51,838 nucleotides of DNA, taken from NCBI GenBank assembly GCA_944391725.1, contig CALXUQ010000004.1:1-51838 (forward strand), given 5' to 3'. Each line of letters starts with the position of its first letter. Within the stretch, counting starts at the first letter, position 1. This DNA is from an uncultured Alphaproteobacteria bacterium. GTDB taxonomy: Bacteria; Pseudomonadota; Alphaproteobacteria; RF32; CAG-239. Shown here piece after piece: positions 9,471 through 19,150 of this stretch. The notes below the pieces were generated by a model, which saw only the letters and a list, made by a program, of their open reading frames with translations, had not been told where the DNA came from and ran no database searches. The translations under genes were made by a program, and so were the position numbers.

Positions 9471-11231
9471 ATGGGAAGTTTTGCAATTTTTAACAACGGC
9501 GGATACATGATTATTAATCTGGTAGCGATGCTTCTGCTGTTTTTGTCGTGTTTTTACACGGAGAAAGGCAGCCGGATTAAATTAGGCATATGGCTACTAT
9601 TTCTGGCCATGGTCACAGATTTTGCCGCCGGCTGGGTTGAGGCCGAAACAGCCATTATGTATGCTCAGGGTAGCCATTATTATACCTACATGCTTTATAT
9701 TGAACTTTCACTGTTTTTGGTGGAAATGCTTTTACTGTCGGTTGCCGCTTCGGTGATATTGCTAAACAAGATACCAAGCCTGATGATGATTGGTGGTATT
9801 GCAGGTTTTGCCATTGTTTGCATTGTTTACTTTTTGTTTATTTCTCAAAACGGAGATGCAGTTTTCCAAATGCGCTATATTTTCCCGATGGTAGGCTTTA
9901 TCTATTTGGCAGCCGGCTTTTGGAGCAAATTAAGCCAGCGTTATGCGAGCGGCTATGTTTTTGCCGCTATTATCTCCAGCTTGGCGGCAACATTTTTGCT
10001 TTTGCGCCTGATTCGTTTGCCCTGGACCACGGATGACGCGCATATTTGGTATTTTCCGGCAGTCACCGACATCATGTTTGCCCTCTCCATTATTGTCATG
10101 CGTATCAATTTCTTAAATTCCAAACTTGATGAAGCCGACAAAGAAATAGAGAAGAACAATCAACGCCTGCAAAACATTGTGAAATCTTCTCCGTTCCCGA
10201 TTATCATTTCCAAATTAAGTGACGATAAAATCATCATGGCCAACAACAACGCCATCAAACTCTTTGGTATTTTACCGCAAGAGGTTGAGCGTTACCGTCT
10301 GAAAGACTTTTTTGTAGACATAGAAAACCGTCGTCTTTTAACCGAACGCCTTGAACGCGAACGTCAAGTGCAAGATTTTGAAATTTTGGTCAAAACTCCT
10401 ACCGGAGATACCCCGTTTTGGCTTTTGGCCTCAGCAAATATTATTGATTATAATAACGATGTTGCTCTCTATGCGGCCTTCCAAGACATTACCGGTCGCA
10501 AGAATCGTGAATTGCTGCTCAAAAATCAAGCCATTCGCGACCCGTTGACATCGCTATACAACCGTCGCTATTTTGAAGAAGAAGTCTTTAACCGGATTTT
10601 GTGTGCCAAAACCGCGCATGAAGACTATAGCGTTTTGATGATAGATGCTGACCACTTTAAGCGTGTAAACGACACCTATGGACACAAGGTTGGTGACAAG
10701 GTTTTAATTGAGCTGGCCTCCACGGCGGAAAAAGCTTTGCGTGAAAATGATATTGTCGCTCGTTACGGCGGAGAAGAATTTATCATTTATCTGGAAAAAG
10801 TAAATGCCGATAAAGCCAAAGTTGTGGCAGAGCGCTTGCGTGAGAGTATGGCTGCAATAGTGGTTTATAGCGATGAGGGCGAAGAAGTTCGTTTCACGGT
10901 TAGTATCGGTGTATCCTCATCTGAGGTTTCCGACAATGTCGATACCCTGATTAAAACTGCCGATGAGGCACTATATCGAGCCAAGCAAACCGGCCGCAAC
11001 CGTGTTGAAATTTTCCGTCCGTCCGATTTACAGCACCTTGATGATTTAGGTGCCGCCGAGCGCAAACTTGAAAGCCAAAATCATCATCCGATTTTTGATA
11101 AAGAAGATAATCAGGAAATTTCTTTGTTAGACGGCATCCCTTCTAACCAAATCCAAGAAAACGACGTCAAAATTGAGGAAAACAAAGGTAATATTGTTCT
11201 TCCTGGCGTAGATACAGACGATTTGCGTTAG
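9471..11231 (+). CDS. Membrane-bound PAS-GGDEF diguanylate cyclase
   Basis: N-terminal TM helices, PAS-like region ending FQDIT, RDPLTSLYNRR, DADHFKRVNDTYGH, RENDIVARYGGEEF (RxxD I-site present). Confidence 0.92.
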   Translation: MGSFAIFNNGGYMIINLVAMLLLFLSCFYTEKGSRIKLGIWLLFLAMVTDFAAGWVEAETAIMYAQGSHYYTYMLYIELSLFLVEMLLLSVAASVILLNKIPSLMMIGGIAGFAIVCIVYFLFISQNGDAVFQMRYIFPMVGFIYLAAGFWSKLSQRYASGYVFAAIISSLAATFLLLRLIRLPWTTDDAHIWYFPAVTDIMFALSIIVMRINFLNSKLDEADKEIEKNNQRLQNIVKSSPFPIIISKLSDDKIIMANNNAIKLFGILPQEVERYRLKDFFVDIENRRLLTERLERERQVQDFEILVKTPTGDTPFWLLASANIIDYNNDVALYAAFQDITGRKNRELLLKNQAIRDPLTSLYNRRYFEEEVFNRILCAKTAHEDYSVLMIDADHFKRVNDTYGHKVGDKVLIELASTAEKALRENDIVARYGGEEFIIYLEKVNADKAKVVAERLRESMAAIVVYSDEGEEVRFTVSIGVSSSEVSDNVDTLIKTADEALYRAKQTGRNRVEIFRPSDLQHLDDLGAAERKLESQNHHPIFDKEDNQEISLLDGIPSNQIQENDVKIEENKGNIVLPGVDTDDLR

Positions 11232-11240
11232 GAACCAGAA

Positions 11241-12389
11241 ATGATTTGTCCCCATTCGGAAATTTGCGGTGGTTGCCTTTATCGCACTCTCTCGGAAGAA
11301 GAATATCGTCGCTTAAAGGAGCAGACAGTCCGCAAAATTTTGCAATCTCTTCCGGTCGAAAGACTAAATTTTGGGACCCCGATTTTTGTTGGCGACGGAG
11401 CTCGTCGGCGTGCTACTTTTGCTTTTCGTCGTCACAAAGGTAAAGTTACCTTGGGGTTTAATCGTCACCATAGTGATGAACTGGTTGATATTGCATCTTG
11501 TCCTCTCTTGGTTTCAAGCATCAATAATATCCTGCCCGACTTGCATGGCTTGATAGCGGATTTGTGTCAAGTTCCGCTGACCCCAAATACTAAAAAGTCC
11601 AAAGCAAAAACTCCGCCGTCCTATCTCACACAAGGAGATATTGCAATCTGCGCCGCCGATAACGGACTGGACTTGGTTTTAGAGTTTGATACCAAACTAG
11701 AGTTGGACCACCGTCTGATAGTTTCAAACTGGGCTCAATCTCACGATTCGATATTGCGAATTTCGCACCGCCGTCAGGCCAACGAAACTGCCGATGTCCT
11801 GCTGGAAAAAGCCAAACCGCAAATCAACATCGGTGGGGTAGATGTATATATATCTGCCGGAACATTTCTGCAGGCTACCTCACTTGGCGAAAAATCCCTG
11901 ATTAACTTAGTTCTTAAGTATTTGGGCGACACAAGAGGCAAAATTGCCGACTTGTTTTGTGGTATCGGCACTTTTTCTTATCCGCTTTGCGGTCTCAAAG
12001 GCAATCATATTTTGGCCGCAGATTCGTCTGCCGATTCGCTAAAAGGGTTTCAAAATTCCATTAATCGACATATGCTAAATAATATTACGATTACGGAACG
12101 CAACTTGTTTAAGTATCCGCTTTCAGGAGCGGAGCTTAAAGGTTTTGCCGCGCTAGTTTTTGATCCTCCACGGGCCGGAGCTGCTGCCCAAATGAGTGAA
12201 ATTGCCAAACTTTCTCCGGACCAACGCCCGCAAAAAATCATTGCCGTTTCTTGCAATCCGCATAGTTTTGTAAAAGATGCCGCCATCTTGTTAAACAGCG
12301 CATATCAATTGCAAGAAGTTACTTTGGTTGACCAGTTTTCCTATTCTAACCACAGTGAACTGGTTGCCTTATTTACTTTAAAAGCTTAG
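11241..12389 (+). CDS. TrmA/RlmD-family RNA (uracil-5-)-methyltransferase
   Basis: CPH..ICGGC Fe-S cysteines, TFLQA, DLFCGIG, DPPRAG, VSCNP, DQF...HSE. Confidence 0.9.
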   Translation: MICPHSEICGGCLYRTLSEEEYRRLKEQTVRKILQSLPVERLNFGTPIFVGDGARRRATFAFRRHKGKVTLGFNRHHSDELVDIASCPLLVSSINNILPDLHGLIADLCQVPLTPNTKKSKAKTPPSYLTQGDIAICAADNGLDLVLEFDTKLELDHRLIVSNWAQSHDSILRISHRRQANETADVLLEKAKPQINIGGVDVYISAGTFLQATSLGEKSLINLVLKYLGDTRGKIADLFCGIGTFSYPLCGLKGNHILAADSSADSLKGFQNSINRHMLNNITITERNLFKYPLSGAELKGFAALVFDPPRAGAAAQMSEIAKLSPDQRPQKIIAVSCNPHSFVKDAAILLNSAYQLQEVTLVDQFSYSNHSELVALFTLKA

Positions 12390-12424
12390 TTGTCTATTAT
12401 AAATTATTAAAAGGATAATTGAGC

Positions 12425-12973
12425 ATGAGAACACAAACAGTTTTAGGTATATTATCGGGAATATTTTTGGTTGGTTCCTGCGGGTTTTGGAACGGAGGGG
12501 AGCAAATTGTCGTCCCCAAAGACAATTGCCCCCAAGTCATTATTCCTCGCGATGTTGCTTATGTCACTCAAAAGGTCAATTATAAAGATGATTTTCGGAT
12601 TGAGTTGCTTGGTTATAGCGGCTATTGCTATTTTGACAAACGGGTCAATCGGCGCAAAGCCGTCATCACTCCGGAGTTTGAGGTCAGCCGTCTTCGTCAA
12701 CGCTTAGATGAAACGGATGTAGATTTTGAGTATTTTGCCGAAACCATTAAAGGTCCGCCTGAATATTTGGGCAAGAAACACTATTTTGGACATGTGACCA
12801 TTCCGCTTAATCAGCGTGAAATGCGCTTTAGCGGCCGTCCGCTGGAGCTAAAAGTTCCCAATGCCGAATATGGCGCCTTTGAAATTTACCTCGGACTGGA
12901 GTTAAGTCCGGAAGAGCGCAAGTATAATAACCGTACTTTTGATATCAAATACCGATTTGAGGAGAACCACTAA
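12425..12973 (+). CDS. Hypothetical lipoprotein
   Basis: Signal peptide with LVGSC lipobox; CPQV..PRD motif; AAGGA RBS. Confidence 0.7.
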   Translation: MRTQTVLGILSGIFLVGSCGFWNGGEQIVVPKDNCPQVIIPRDVAYVTQKVNYKDDFRIELLGYSGYCYFDKRVNRRKAVITPEFEVSRLRQRLDETDVDFEYFAETIKGPPEYLGKKHYFGHVTIPLNQREMRFSGRPLELKVPNAEYGAFEIYLGLELSPEERKYNNRTFDIKYRFEENH

Positions 12974-12974
12974 C

Positions 12975-14960
12975 ATGACATTTTTCAAAAAAGACGACGA
13001 CAAATTACGCAATATGGCCAATGCCATCCGTTTTCTTTGTGTCGATATGATAGAAAAATCCAAATCCGGCCACCCCGGCATGCCCTTAGGCATGGCCGAT
13101 GTTGCCACCGTGCTGTTTTCCAAATATATCAAACTTTGTCCCAAGGCGCCGCGCTGGTTTGACCGCGATAGGTTTGTGCTTTCGGCCGGTCATGGCTCCA
13201 CTTTGCTGTATTCGCTGTTTTATCTAATGGGCTATAAGGATATCACTCTGGAAGATTTGCAAAATTTCCGCCAGTTGGGCTCCAAAACTGCCGGCCATCC
13301 GGAATATGGTCACTTAGGCGGCATTGACATCACCACCGGTCCGTTAGGTCAGGGCTTGGCGTCAGCCGTAGGAATGGCCTTAGCCGAAAGAATAATTGCC
13401 GGCAAATTCGGTAGTGATGTGTGCGATCACTATACTTATGTTATGAATGGTGATGGCTGTCTCATGGAAGGCATTTCGGAAGAAGCCATTTCTTTGGCCG
13501 GTCACTGGAAATTAAACAAGTTGATAGTCTTTTGGGACAACAACAATATTACCATTGACGGCACGGTTGATAGTGCTTCATCTACCGATCAAATCAAACG
13601 TTTTAAGGCTCACGGTTGGAACACCATTTCCATCAACGGTCACAACTATGCCGAGATAGATAAGGCGATTCGCCAAGCTCAAAAGTCATCACGTCCAACC
13701 CTGATTGCGTGCAAAACCACCATTGGCTGGGGCGCCCCGACCAAAGCCGGCACCTGCAAATGCCATGGTTCTCCTTTAGGGAGTGAAGAAGTTGCCGCCA
13801 TGCGTAAAAACTTAAAATGGAAGTCGGCCCCATTTGAAATTCCCTCAGAAATTTTGCAAGCATGGCGCGATGCCGGCCGCCGCAATAAAAAAGAATATTA
13901 TGATTGGGATATGAGAGCCAAAAACAAAGGCCGCGAATTTTTGGATTACATTACCAATGAGTTGCCCAAGAACTGGGATGCCGAGCTCAATGCCTTCAAG
14001 CAACAAGCCGTCAAGGAGGGGCTCAAGGTTGCCACTCGCAAAGCCTCGGAATTATGTCTGGAAAAAATTGTTCCGCACATACCGCAAATTGTTGGTGGTT
14101 CGGCAGATTTGGCCGCCTCCAATTTGACCAAAGTAAAGGGAATGCAAAACATCACCGCCGAGAACTACTGTGGCAATAACATTGCATATGGGATAAGAGA
14201 GCACGCCATGGGTGCGATAATGAACGGTATGGCCCTACACGGTGGCGTTATTCCATACGGCGGCACATTTTTTGTTTTTTCCGATTATCTGCGTCCGGCG
14301 ATAAGGCTGGGAGCGCTGATGGGGATTCGCACCATTTATGTTCTCACTCACGATTCGATAGGAGTTGGTGAAGATGGCCCCACCCACCAGCCGGTTGAAC
14401 ATTTAGCCTCTTTTCGGAGTATGCCCAATGTGTTAATGTTTAGACCCTGCGACGTGGTCGAAACTGCCGAGGCTTGGCAGTTGGCACTGGAAAGTGAAGA
14501 TAGCCCGAGTTTGCTGGCCTTGACCAGACAAGCCCTGCCGATGTTACGCACTCATACCAAAGAAAATCTCAGCGCGCGCGGCGGTTATATTATTTCCGAT
14601 GTCAAAAAAGGCAAAAAACGTCGCGCCACAATTATCGCTACCGGCTCAGAGGTATCTTTAGCGGTTGAAGCACAGAGCAAACTCCGCAAAGAAGGGATTG
14701 AAGTTGCGGTTGTTTCCATGCCTTGCACCGAGCTTTTTGACCGTCAAGATAGCCTTTATCAGGAAGAAGTTTTGGGTTCATGCTTGCGAGTTGCGGTAGA
14801 AGCCGGAGCCAAATTTGGTTGGGAAAAATATGTCGGCAGCAATGGTAAGATTATCGGTATGGATAGTTTTGGTGCTTCCGGTCCCGGAGAAGAATTATTC
14901 AAGTTTTTCCGGATTACTGCCGACGAAATTATCGATACAATCAAAGAAAGTTTGACCTGA
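12975..14960 (+). CDS. tkt: Transketolase
   Basis: SGHPGMPLG, DRDRFVLSAGHGS, GDGCLMEG, GIREHAM, THDSIGVGEDGPTHQP. Confidence 0.97.
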   Translation: MTFFKKDDDKLRNMANAIRFLCVDMIEKSKSGHPGMPLGMADVATVLFSKYIKLCPKAPRWFDRDRFVLSAGHGSTLLYSLFYLMGYKDITLEDLQNFRQLGSKTAGHPEYGHLGGIDITTGPLGQGLASAVGMALAERIIAGKFGSDVCDHYTYVMNGDGCLMEGISEEAISLAGHWKLNKLIVFWDNNNITIDGTVDSASSTDQIKRFKAHGWNTISINGHNYAEIDKAIRQAQKSSRPTLIACKTTIGWGAPTKAGTCKCHGSPLGSEEVAAMRKNLKWKSAPFEIPSEILQAWRDAGRRNKKEYYDWDMRAKNKGREFLDYITNELPKNWDAELNAFKQQAVKEGLKVATRKASELCLEKIVPHIPQIVGGSADLAASNLTKVKGMQNITAENYCGNNIAYGIREHAMGAIMNGMALHGGVIPYGGTFFVFSDYLRPAIRLGALMGIRTIYVLTHDSIGVGEDGPTHQPVEHLASFRSMPNVLMFRPCDVVETAEAWQLALESEDSPSLLALTRQALPMLRTHTKENLSARGGYIISDVKKGKKRRATIIATGSEVSLAVEAQSKLRKEGIEVAVVSMPCTELFDRQDSLYQEEVLGSCLRVAVEAGAKFGWEKYVGSNGKIIGMDSFGASGPGEELFKFFRITADEIIDTIKESLT

Positions 14961-14976
14961 TATGGTTGTTAAGCTT

Positions 14977-15010
14977 GCACCTCCTGCACCCAAGCGGGAG
15001 GTGTTTTTTT
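14977..15010 (+). terminator. Intrinsic terminator after tkt
   Basis: GCACCTCCTGC-ACCCAA-GCGGGAGGTGT followed by a T-run. Confidence 0.75.
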
Positions 15011-15107
15011 GTGTTTTATCTAAAATTCTTGACAATCTGGAATAATTAATTATATTTGCTGCCATGTAAGTTAACTATTTTCATAACAATTTAAAAATTA
15101 TTAGGCC

Positions 15108-15509
15108 ATGAAGAAAGCAGAAATTTTGTGTGCCAGCCAGTTTATAGATGCGGCTCGCCACGATTTAGGTCTGGAACTTAAACTTCAAGATGTCCGTCTT
15201 GGCCGTTTGAAGTTTATGAAAGAAGACAAACAAAAATTCAACGGTTATGTTTGTTTTTTCGCAATTTTTGAAGATAACAAAATTTGTTATCTGAATGCAT
15301 TTGAAGGTGGCATTGACCAAAAGGTTGTTTGGGGTGTTAAGGACGATGATGTAATTATCTATCAAGAGTTCAAGCCCAATAACTCATTTCGGGCCAAAGG
15401 TAGCATTGAGTGGTATTATGGTGCTAACGAGGACGGAACGGATTATCAAATTGAAGACGATGAGTTGCGTCGTCAACGCAAGCTTGCGGCCATGCGAGAA
15501 GGTAAATAG
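15108..15509 (+). CDS. Hypothetical protein
   Basis: 133-aa ORF with upstream TTGACA-N16-TATATT and downstream terminator. Confidence 0.65.
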   Translation: MKKAEILCASQFIDAARHDLGLELKLQDVRLGRLKFMKEDKQKFNGYVCFFAIFEDNKICYLNAFEGGIDQKVVWGVKDDDVIIYQEFKPNNSFRAKGSIEWYYGANEDGTDYQIEDDELRRQRKLAAMREGK

Positions 15510-15526
15510 CCTCTTAAATTAATAAT

Positions 15527-15564
15527 AAAAAAGGTTCAATGTTGCAGCATTGAACCTTTTTTTT
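15527..15564. terminator. Bidirectional terminator
   Basis: AAAAAAGGTTCAATG-TTGCAG-CATTGAACCTTTTTTTT between convergent ORFs. Confidence 0.8.
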
Positions 15565-15573
15565 GTGATGTAA

Positions 15574-15918
15574 TTACAAACTTGGTAAATCCCCGCCCAA
15601 AGCCCAGTAAAAAACCAGCACGGCAATGCCGCTTAAAAACCAAGCTCCCCAGTTATATCGGGGAATTTTAGCATGGGGAATTTTAAACACTGACGCAATA
15701 TCTCCCACCAAATATAGCAGAGGAAACAATCCGCACAGCGCCAAAAACCAATATGGCCGATTAACAAATTGTACGACTGCCGCCATATCTAACAAACTAA
15801 TGATAAGCCACAGCACTCCCTTGAGCTTAAACTCGTGCACATACAACCGCTCTGAATAAATCAAACAGCCGGAAATGGTCACCACCAATGCAACCATAAA
15901 AATAATACTAGTAAGCAT
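15574..15918 (-). CDS. Small hypothetical membrane protein (about 4 TM)
   Basis: 114-aa hydrophobic ORF ending at the bidirectional terminator. Confidence 0.6.
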   Translation of the reverse strand: MLTSIIFMVALVVTISGCLIYSERLYVHEFKLKGVLWLIISLLDMAAVVQFVNRPYWFLALCGLFPLLYLVGDIASVFKIPHAKIPRYNWGAWFLSGIAVLVFYWALGGDLPSL

Positions 15919-16082
15919 GATAATAAAATTTATAATATAATTTTGGGTGAACTATACAAAATTTTCGGCAAATTGCAACAATTTTTTCAAAAAGCATAGA
16001 AACAAAAAATCACTTGCAATAAATTGGCAATTTACTATATTGGCAAGTAACAAATTATATCAACATCAAAGGAGATAAATAT

Positions 16083-17132
16083 ATGCCTTTAGTAACAATG
16101 CGTCAAATTCTTGACCATGCCGCCGAGAACAATTATGGTGTTCCGGCCTTTAACATCAACGATATGGAACAAATCATTGCCGTTTTGCAAGCTGCTAAGA
16201 AAGTAAATGCTCCGGTGATTTTGCAAACCTCTACCGGTGCGCGCAAATTTGCCGGTGACCCGATGATTCGTCATATGGTTGCCGCCGGAATTGAAATGTT
16301 CCCTGAGCTCCCGATTTGTATTCACCAAGACCACGGCTCATCGGTTAATGTATGCCAATCTGCCATTGTCAATGGCTATTCCTCAGTAATGATGGATGGT
16401 TCTTTGGAAGCCGACGGCAAAACACCGTCCTCTTTTGAATACAATGTTAAGGTCACCAAAGAAGTTGTGGCTCGTGCTCATGCAGTTGGTGCCTCGGTTG
16501 AAGGTGAGTTGGGTGTAATTGGTTCTTTGGAAACCGGCAAAGGCGACAAAGAAGATGGTCATGGTGCCGAAGGTGTAATTGATAAAAAACGTTTGGTAAC
16601 CGACCCCGATGAAGCTAAAAAGTTTGTGGAAGAAACTCATGTTGATGCTTTGGCCGTTGCGGTTGGTACCTCTCATGGTGCTTATAAGTTCACCCGCAAA
16701 CCGACCGGTGATATTTTGGCGATTGACGTGATTGAGAAAATCCACAAAGTTTTGCCCAATACCCATATGGTAATGCATGGTTCTTCTTCAGTTCCGCAAG
16801 AACTGCAAGATTTGATTAATGCCTATGGCGGTGCCATTCCGCAGACCTTTGGTGTTCCGGTTGAAGAAATCGTCCGCGGCATTAAATCCGGCGTTCGCAA
16901 AGTCAATGTTGATACCGATTGCCGCATGGCTATCACCGGTGCGATTCGTCGTCTCTTTGCTGAGAACCCCAAAGAGTTTGACCCGCGCAAATACCTAAAA
17001 CCGGCGATTGAAGAAATGCAAAAAGTATGCGAAGCCCGCTACATTGCCTTTGGTGCAGCCGGTCATGCCGATAAAATTAAGGTTATTCCGATGTCGGTTA
17101 TGGCCAAACGCTATGCCGACGGCGAATTATAA
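16083..17132 (+). CDS. fba: Class II fructose-bisphosphate aldolase
   Basis: HQDHG, SSVMMDGS, SVEGELG, GTSHGAYKF, MHGSSSVP, KVNVDTD; GGAG RBS. Confidence 0.96.
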   Translation: MPLVTMRQILDHAAENNYGVPAFNINDMEQIIAVLQAAKKVNAPVILQTSTGARKFAGDPMIRHMVAAGIEMFPELPICIHQDHGSSVNVCQSAIVNGYSSVMMDGSLEADGKTPSSFEYNVKVTKEVVARAHAVGASVEGELGVIGSLETGKGDKEDGHGAEGVIDKKRLVTDPDEAKKFVEETHVDALAVAVGTSHGAYKFTRKPTGDILAIDVIEKIHKVLPNTHMVMHGSSSVPQELQDLINAYGGAIPQTFGVPVEEIVRGIKSGVRKVNVDTDCRMAITGAIRRLFAENPKEFDPRKYLKPAIEEMQKVCEARYIAFGAAGHADKIKVIPMSVMAKRYADGEL

Positions 17133-17157
17133 TTTCCGCTTAGGAGTTTCGATACTT

Positions 17158-17185
17158 AAGCCCCGCATATTTTGCGGGGCTTTTT
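17158..17185 (+). terminator. Intrinsic terminator after fba
   Basis: AAGCCCCGCA-TATTT-TGCGGGGCTT followed by a T-run. Confidence 0.75.
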
Positions 17186-17251
17186 GTTAATTTGACAAAT
17201 AATAAATTTGTGATATAGTCCTGCAAAATTTATCAATTAATTTAATTATTT

Positions 17252-17752
17252 ATGAAAAAGTTAAGTATTCTTTTGTTGTATTTGGGAGTCTTGCTCAGCA
17301 GCTGCCGAATAGATTATCATGACCGTTATCTTCAAATTAACGAAAATCCTCCTCAAGATTTGGTGAGGAACTTTGAGTTTGAGCGGAATGAATTTATCGA
17401 TTCATATTGCGCTTTTATTACTGACAGCGACATTATTCTGGCTTGGGAAACCAATCACAAAGTATATTTGGTTTCACTTCCGGCCGATGCCGAAGTGCTA
17501 AGTATTGCCGCTGACTGGGCTTTAGTAAAGTTTTCCAATAACCGGCTTTTGACCCTGATTATTGACCGCAAGATTTTGTCGGCACAACAATTATTGGAAT
17601 TGGAAACCATTCTGACCCACGATGCCAAGAAAATCATCTCCGGCGAAGATATCACCCCTGATGAAATTGAGGAGCATATCGGCGATAAAATTTGGCAGCT
17701 CAAACCCGATTGGGAGTTTGAAAAACCAGATTTGGGTTTACAATCTGCATAA
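17252..17752 (+). CDS. Hypothetical lipoprotein
   Basis: MKKLSILLLYLGVLLSSC lipobox; TTGACA-N17-TATAGT-like promoter upstream. Confidence 0.65.
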   Translation: MKKLSILLLYLGVLLSSCRIDYHDRYLQINENPPQDLVRNFEFERNEFIDSYCAFITDSDIILAWETNHKVYLVSLPADAEVLSIAADWALVKFSNNRLLTLIIDRKILSAQQLLELETILTHDAKKIISGEDITPDEIEEHIGDKIWQLKPDWEFEKPDLGLQSA

Positions 17753-17758
17753 GCTAAC

Positions 17759-17792
17759 AAAACCCCGTTAAAACTATGTTTTAGCGGGGTTT
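17759..17792. terminator. Bidirectional terminator
   Basis: AAACCCCGTTAAAAC-TAT-GTTTTAGCGGGGTTT. Confidence 0.65.
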
Positions 17793-17807
17793 AATTGTGA
17801 GGAAGGA

Positions 17808-18320
17808 TTATTTTTTGTGTTCCGCAAGGTGTTTGGCCGCGACTTCCATATCTTCAATAAAATCGCCGATTTCCTGCTCATGCTCCAGCTCATCGCTCAA
17901 AATTTTGCGAGAGATATGAAAAGTCTGGAGATCTTTTCCCATGGTCATATCACAAATTTTTTGATAACGAGCAATCGCGCAGCGTTCCGCCACCAAATTT
18001 TGTTCCAAGAGTTTGACCGTATAATCATTATCGGGAGCTTCATACTTGCATTGAGCATATTTTTTCCATTCATCGGGATCGAGCAGGGGAGTTCCGCCCA
18101 GCTGAATAATCCGTTCTGCGAGCCAGGTGGCGTGTTCGAGTTCTTCGTTTCCGTGCTCCATAAATTCTTTGATAATTTCGGGACGCATCGGACCTTTAGC
18201 CACTTGTGCCCCCATCCAATATTGATAATAAGCCAGCCATTCTTCGGCAAAAGCCACATTTAGCATTTTAAGTAGTTCGGCATGATTAACATTGCTGATT
18301 TTTTGAGCCATCTCACCCAT
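17808..18320 (-). CDS. Ferritin-like (DPSL/bacterioferritin-like) protein
   Basis: AEEWLAYYQYW, EELEHA..LAERIIQLGG, AERCAI, DELEHE di-iron ligands. Confidence 0.88.
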   Translation of the reverse strand: MGEMAQKISNVNHAELLKMLNVAFAEEWLAYYQYWMGAQVAKGPMRPEIIKEFMEHGNEELEHATWLAERIIQLGGTPLLDPDEWKKYAQCKYEAPDNDYTVKLLEQNLVAERCAIARYQKICDMTMGKDLQTFHISRKILSDELEHEQEIGDFIEDMEVAAKHLAEHKK

Positions 18321-18455
18321 TTTCCATCTCCTAAAATAAAGGTTAAATTAATCCAGCCTCTGAGATAATCAGCAATCATCAAAAAACAAGATGCAAAAAT
18401 TAATAGCTTTTTGCCAAAATAAGATATATATTTGAAATAACAGAAAGGAGCCGCC

Positions 18456-19091
18456 ATGGTAAAAATCGCCCCCAGCATATTGTCTGCCAATTTTGGAAAT
18501 TTGCAAACCGAGATAGAAAACCTCGATAAATCCGGAGCAGATTTAATTCATTTAGATATTATGGACGGGAATTTCGTCCCCAATCTGACTTTTGGCCCCG
18601 GCGTGGTCAAGGCACTGCGTCCGCATACCAAATTGCCCTTTGATGCTCATTTAATGGTTAACAACCCCGACGAGATGATACCCTGGTTCATTGCTGCCGG
18701 TGCTGATATTATTACGGTTCATGCCGAAACTTGTCCTCATTTAGACAAGACCTTACACACCATCCGCGCCTATGGCCTAAAAGCCGGAGTAGCCCTAAAT
18801 CCGGCCACACCGGAGAGCGTTTTGGAATATGTATTAGACAAGCTGGACATGGTTTTGGTGATGAGTGTTAACCCCGGATTTGGCGGCCAGAAGTTTATTG
18901 AAAGTTCCTTAAATAAAATTGCCAAAGTCAAATCCTTGATAGGCGAACGTCCGATAGAAATTGAGGTCGACGGCGGTATCAATCCGCTGACTGCGGCGCG
19001 TTGTATTTCGGCCGGAGCAGATATTTTGGTTGCCGGCACGGCGGTTTTTGCCGGTGGTGAATATGCCCGCAACATTGAATCTTTAAGGTAA
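18456..19091 (+). CDS. rpe: Ribulose-phosphate 3-epimerase
   Basis: IAPSILSA, HLDIMDG.FVPN, DAHLM, MSVNPGFGGQ, EVDGGI. Confidence 0.96.
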   Translation: MVKIAPSILSANFGNLQTEIENLDKSGADLIHLDIMDGNFVPNLTFGPGVVKALRPHTKLPFDAHLMVNNPDEMIPWFIAAGADIITVHAETCPHLDKTLHTIRAYGLKAGVALNPATPESVLEYVLDKLDMVLVMSVNPGFGGQKFIESSLNKIAKVKSLIGERPIEIEVDGGINPLTAARCISAGADILVAGTAVFAGGEYARNIESLR

Positions 19092-19150
19092 TTTTAAGAC
19101 AATATCGGTTATGCTAAGCACAATATACAGAATTGTTACTGGAGGACAGA

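Noticed and set aside
18364-18382. Fur box upstream of the ferritin-like gene
   Set aside because: GATAATCAGCAATCATC only partly matches and lacks proper palindromic spacing
12975-19091. Calvin cycle (cbb) operon
   Set aside because: tkt, fba and rpe are present but there is no RuBisCO, phosphoribulokinase or cbbR, and the genes are separated by terminators
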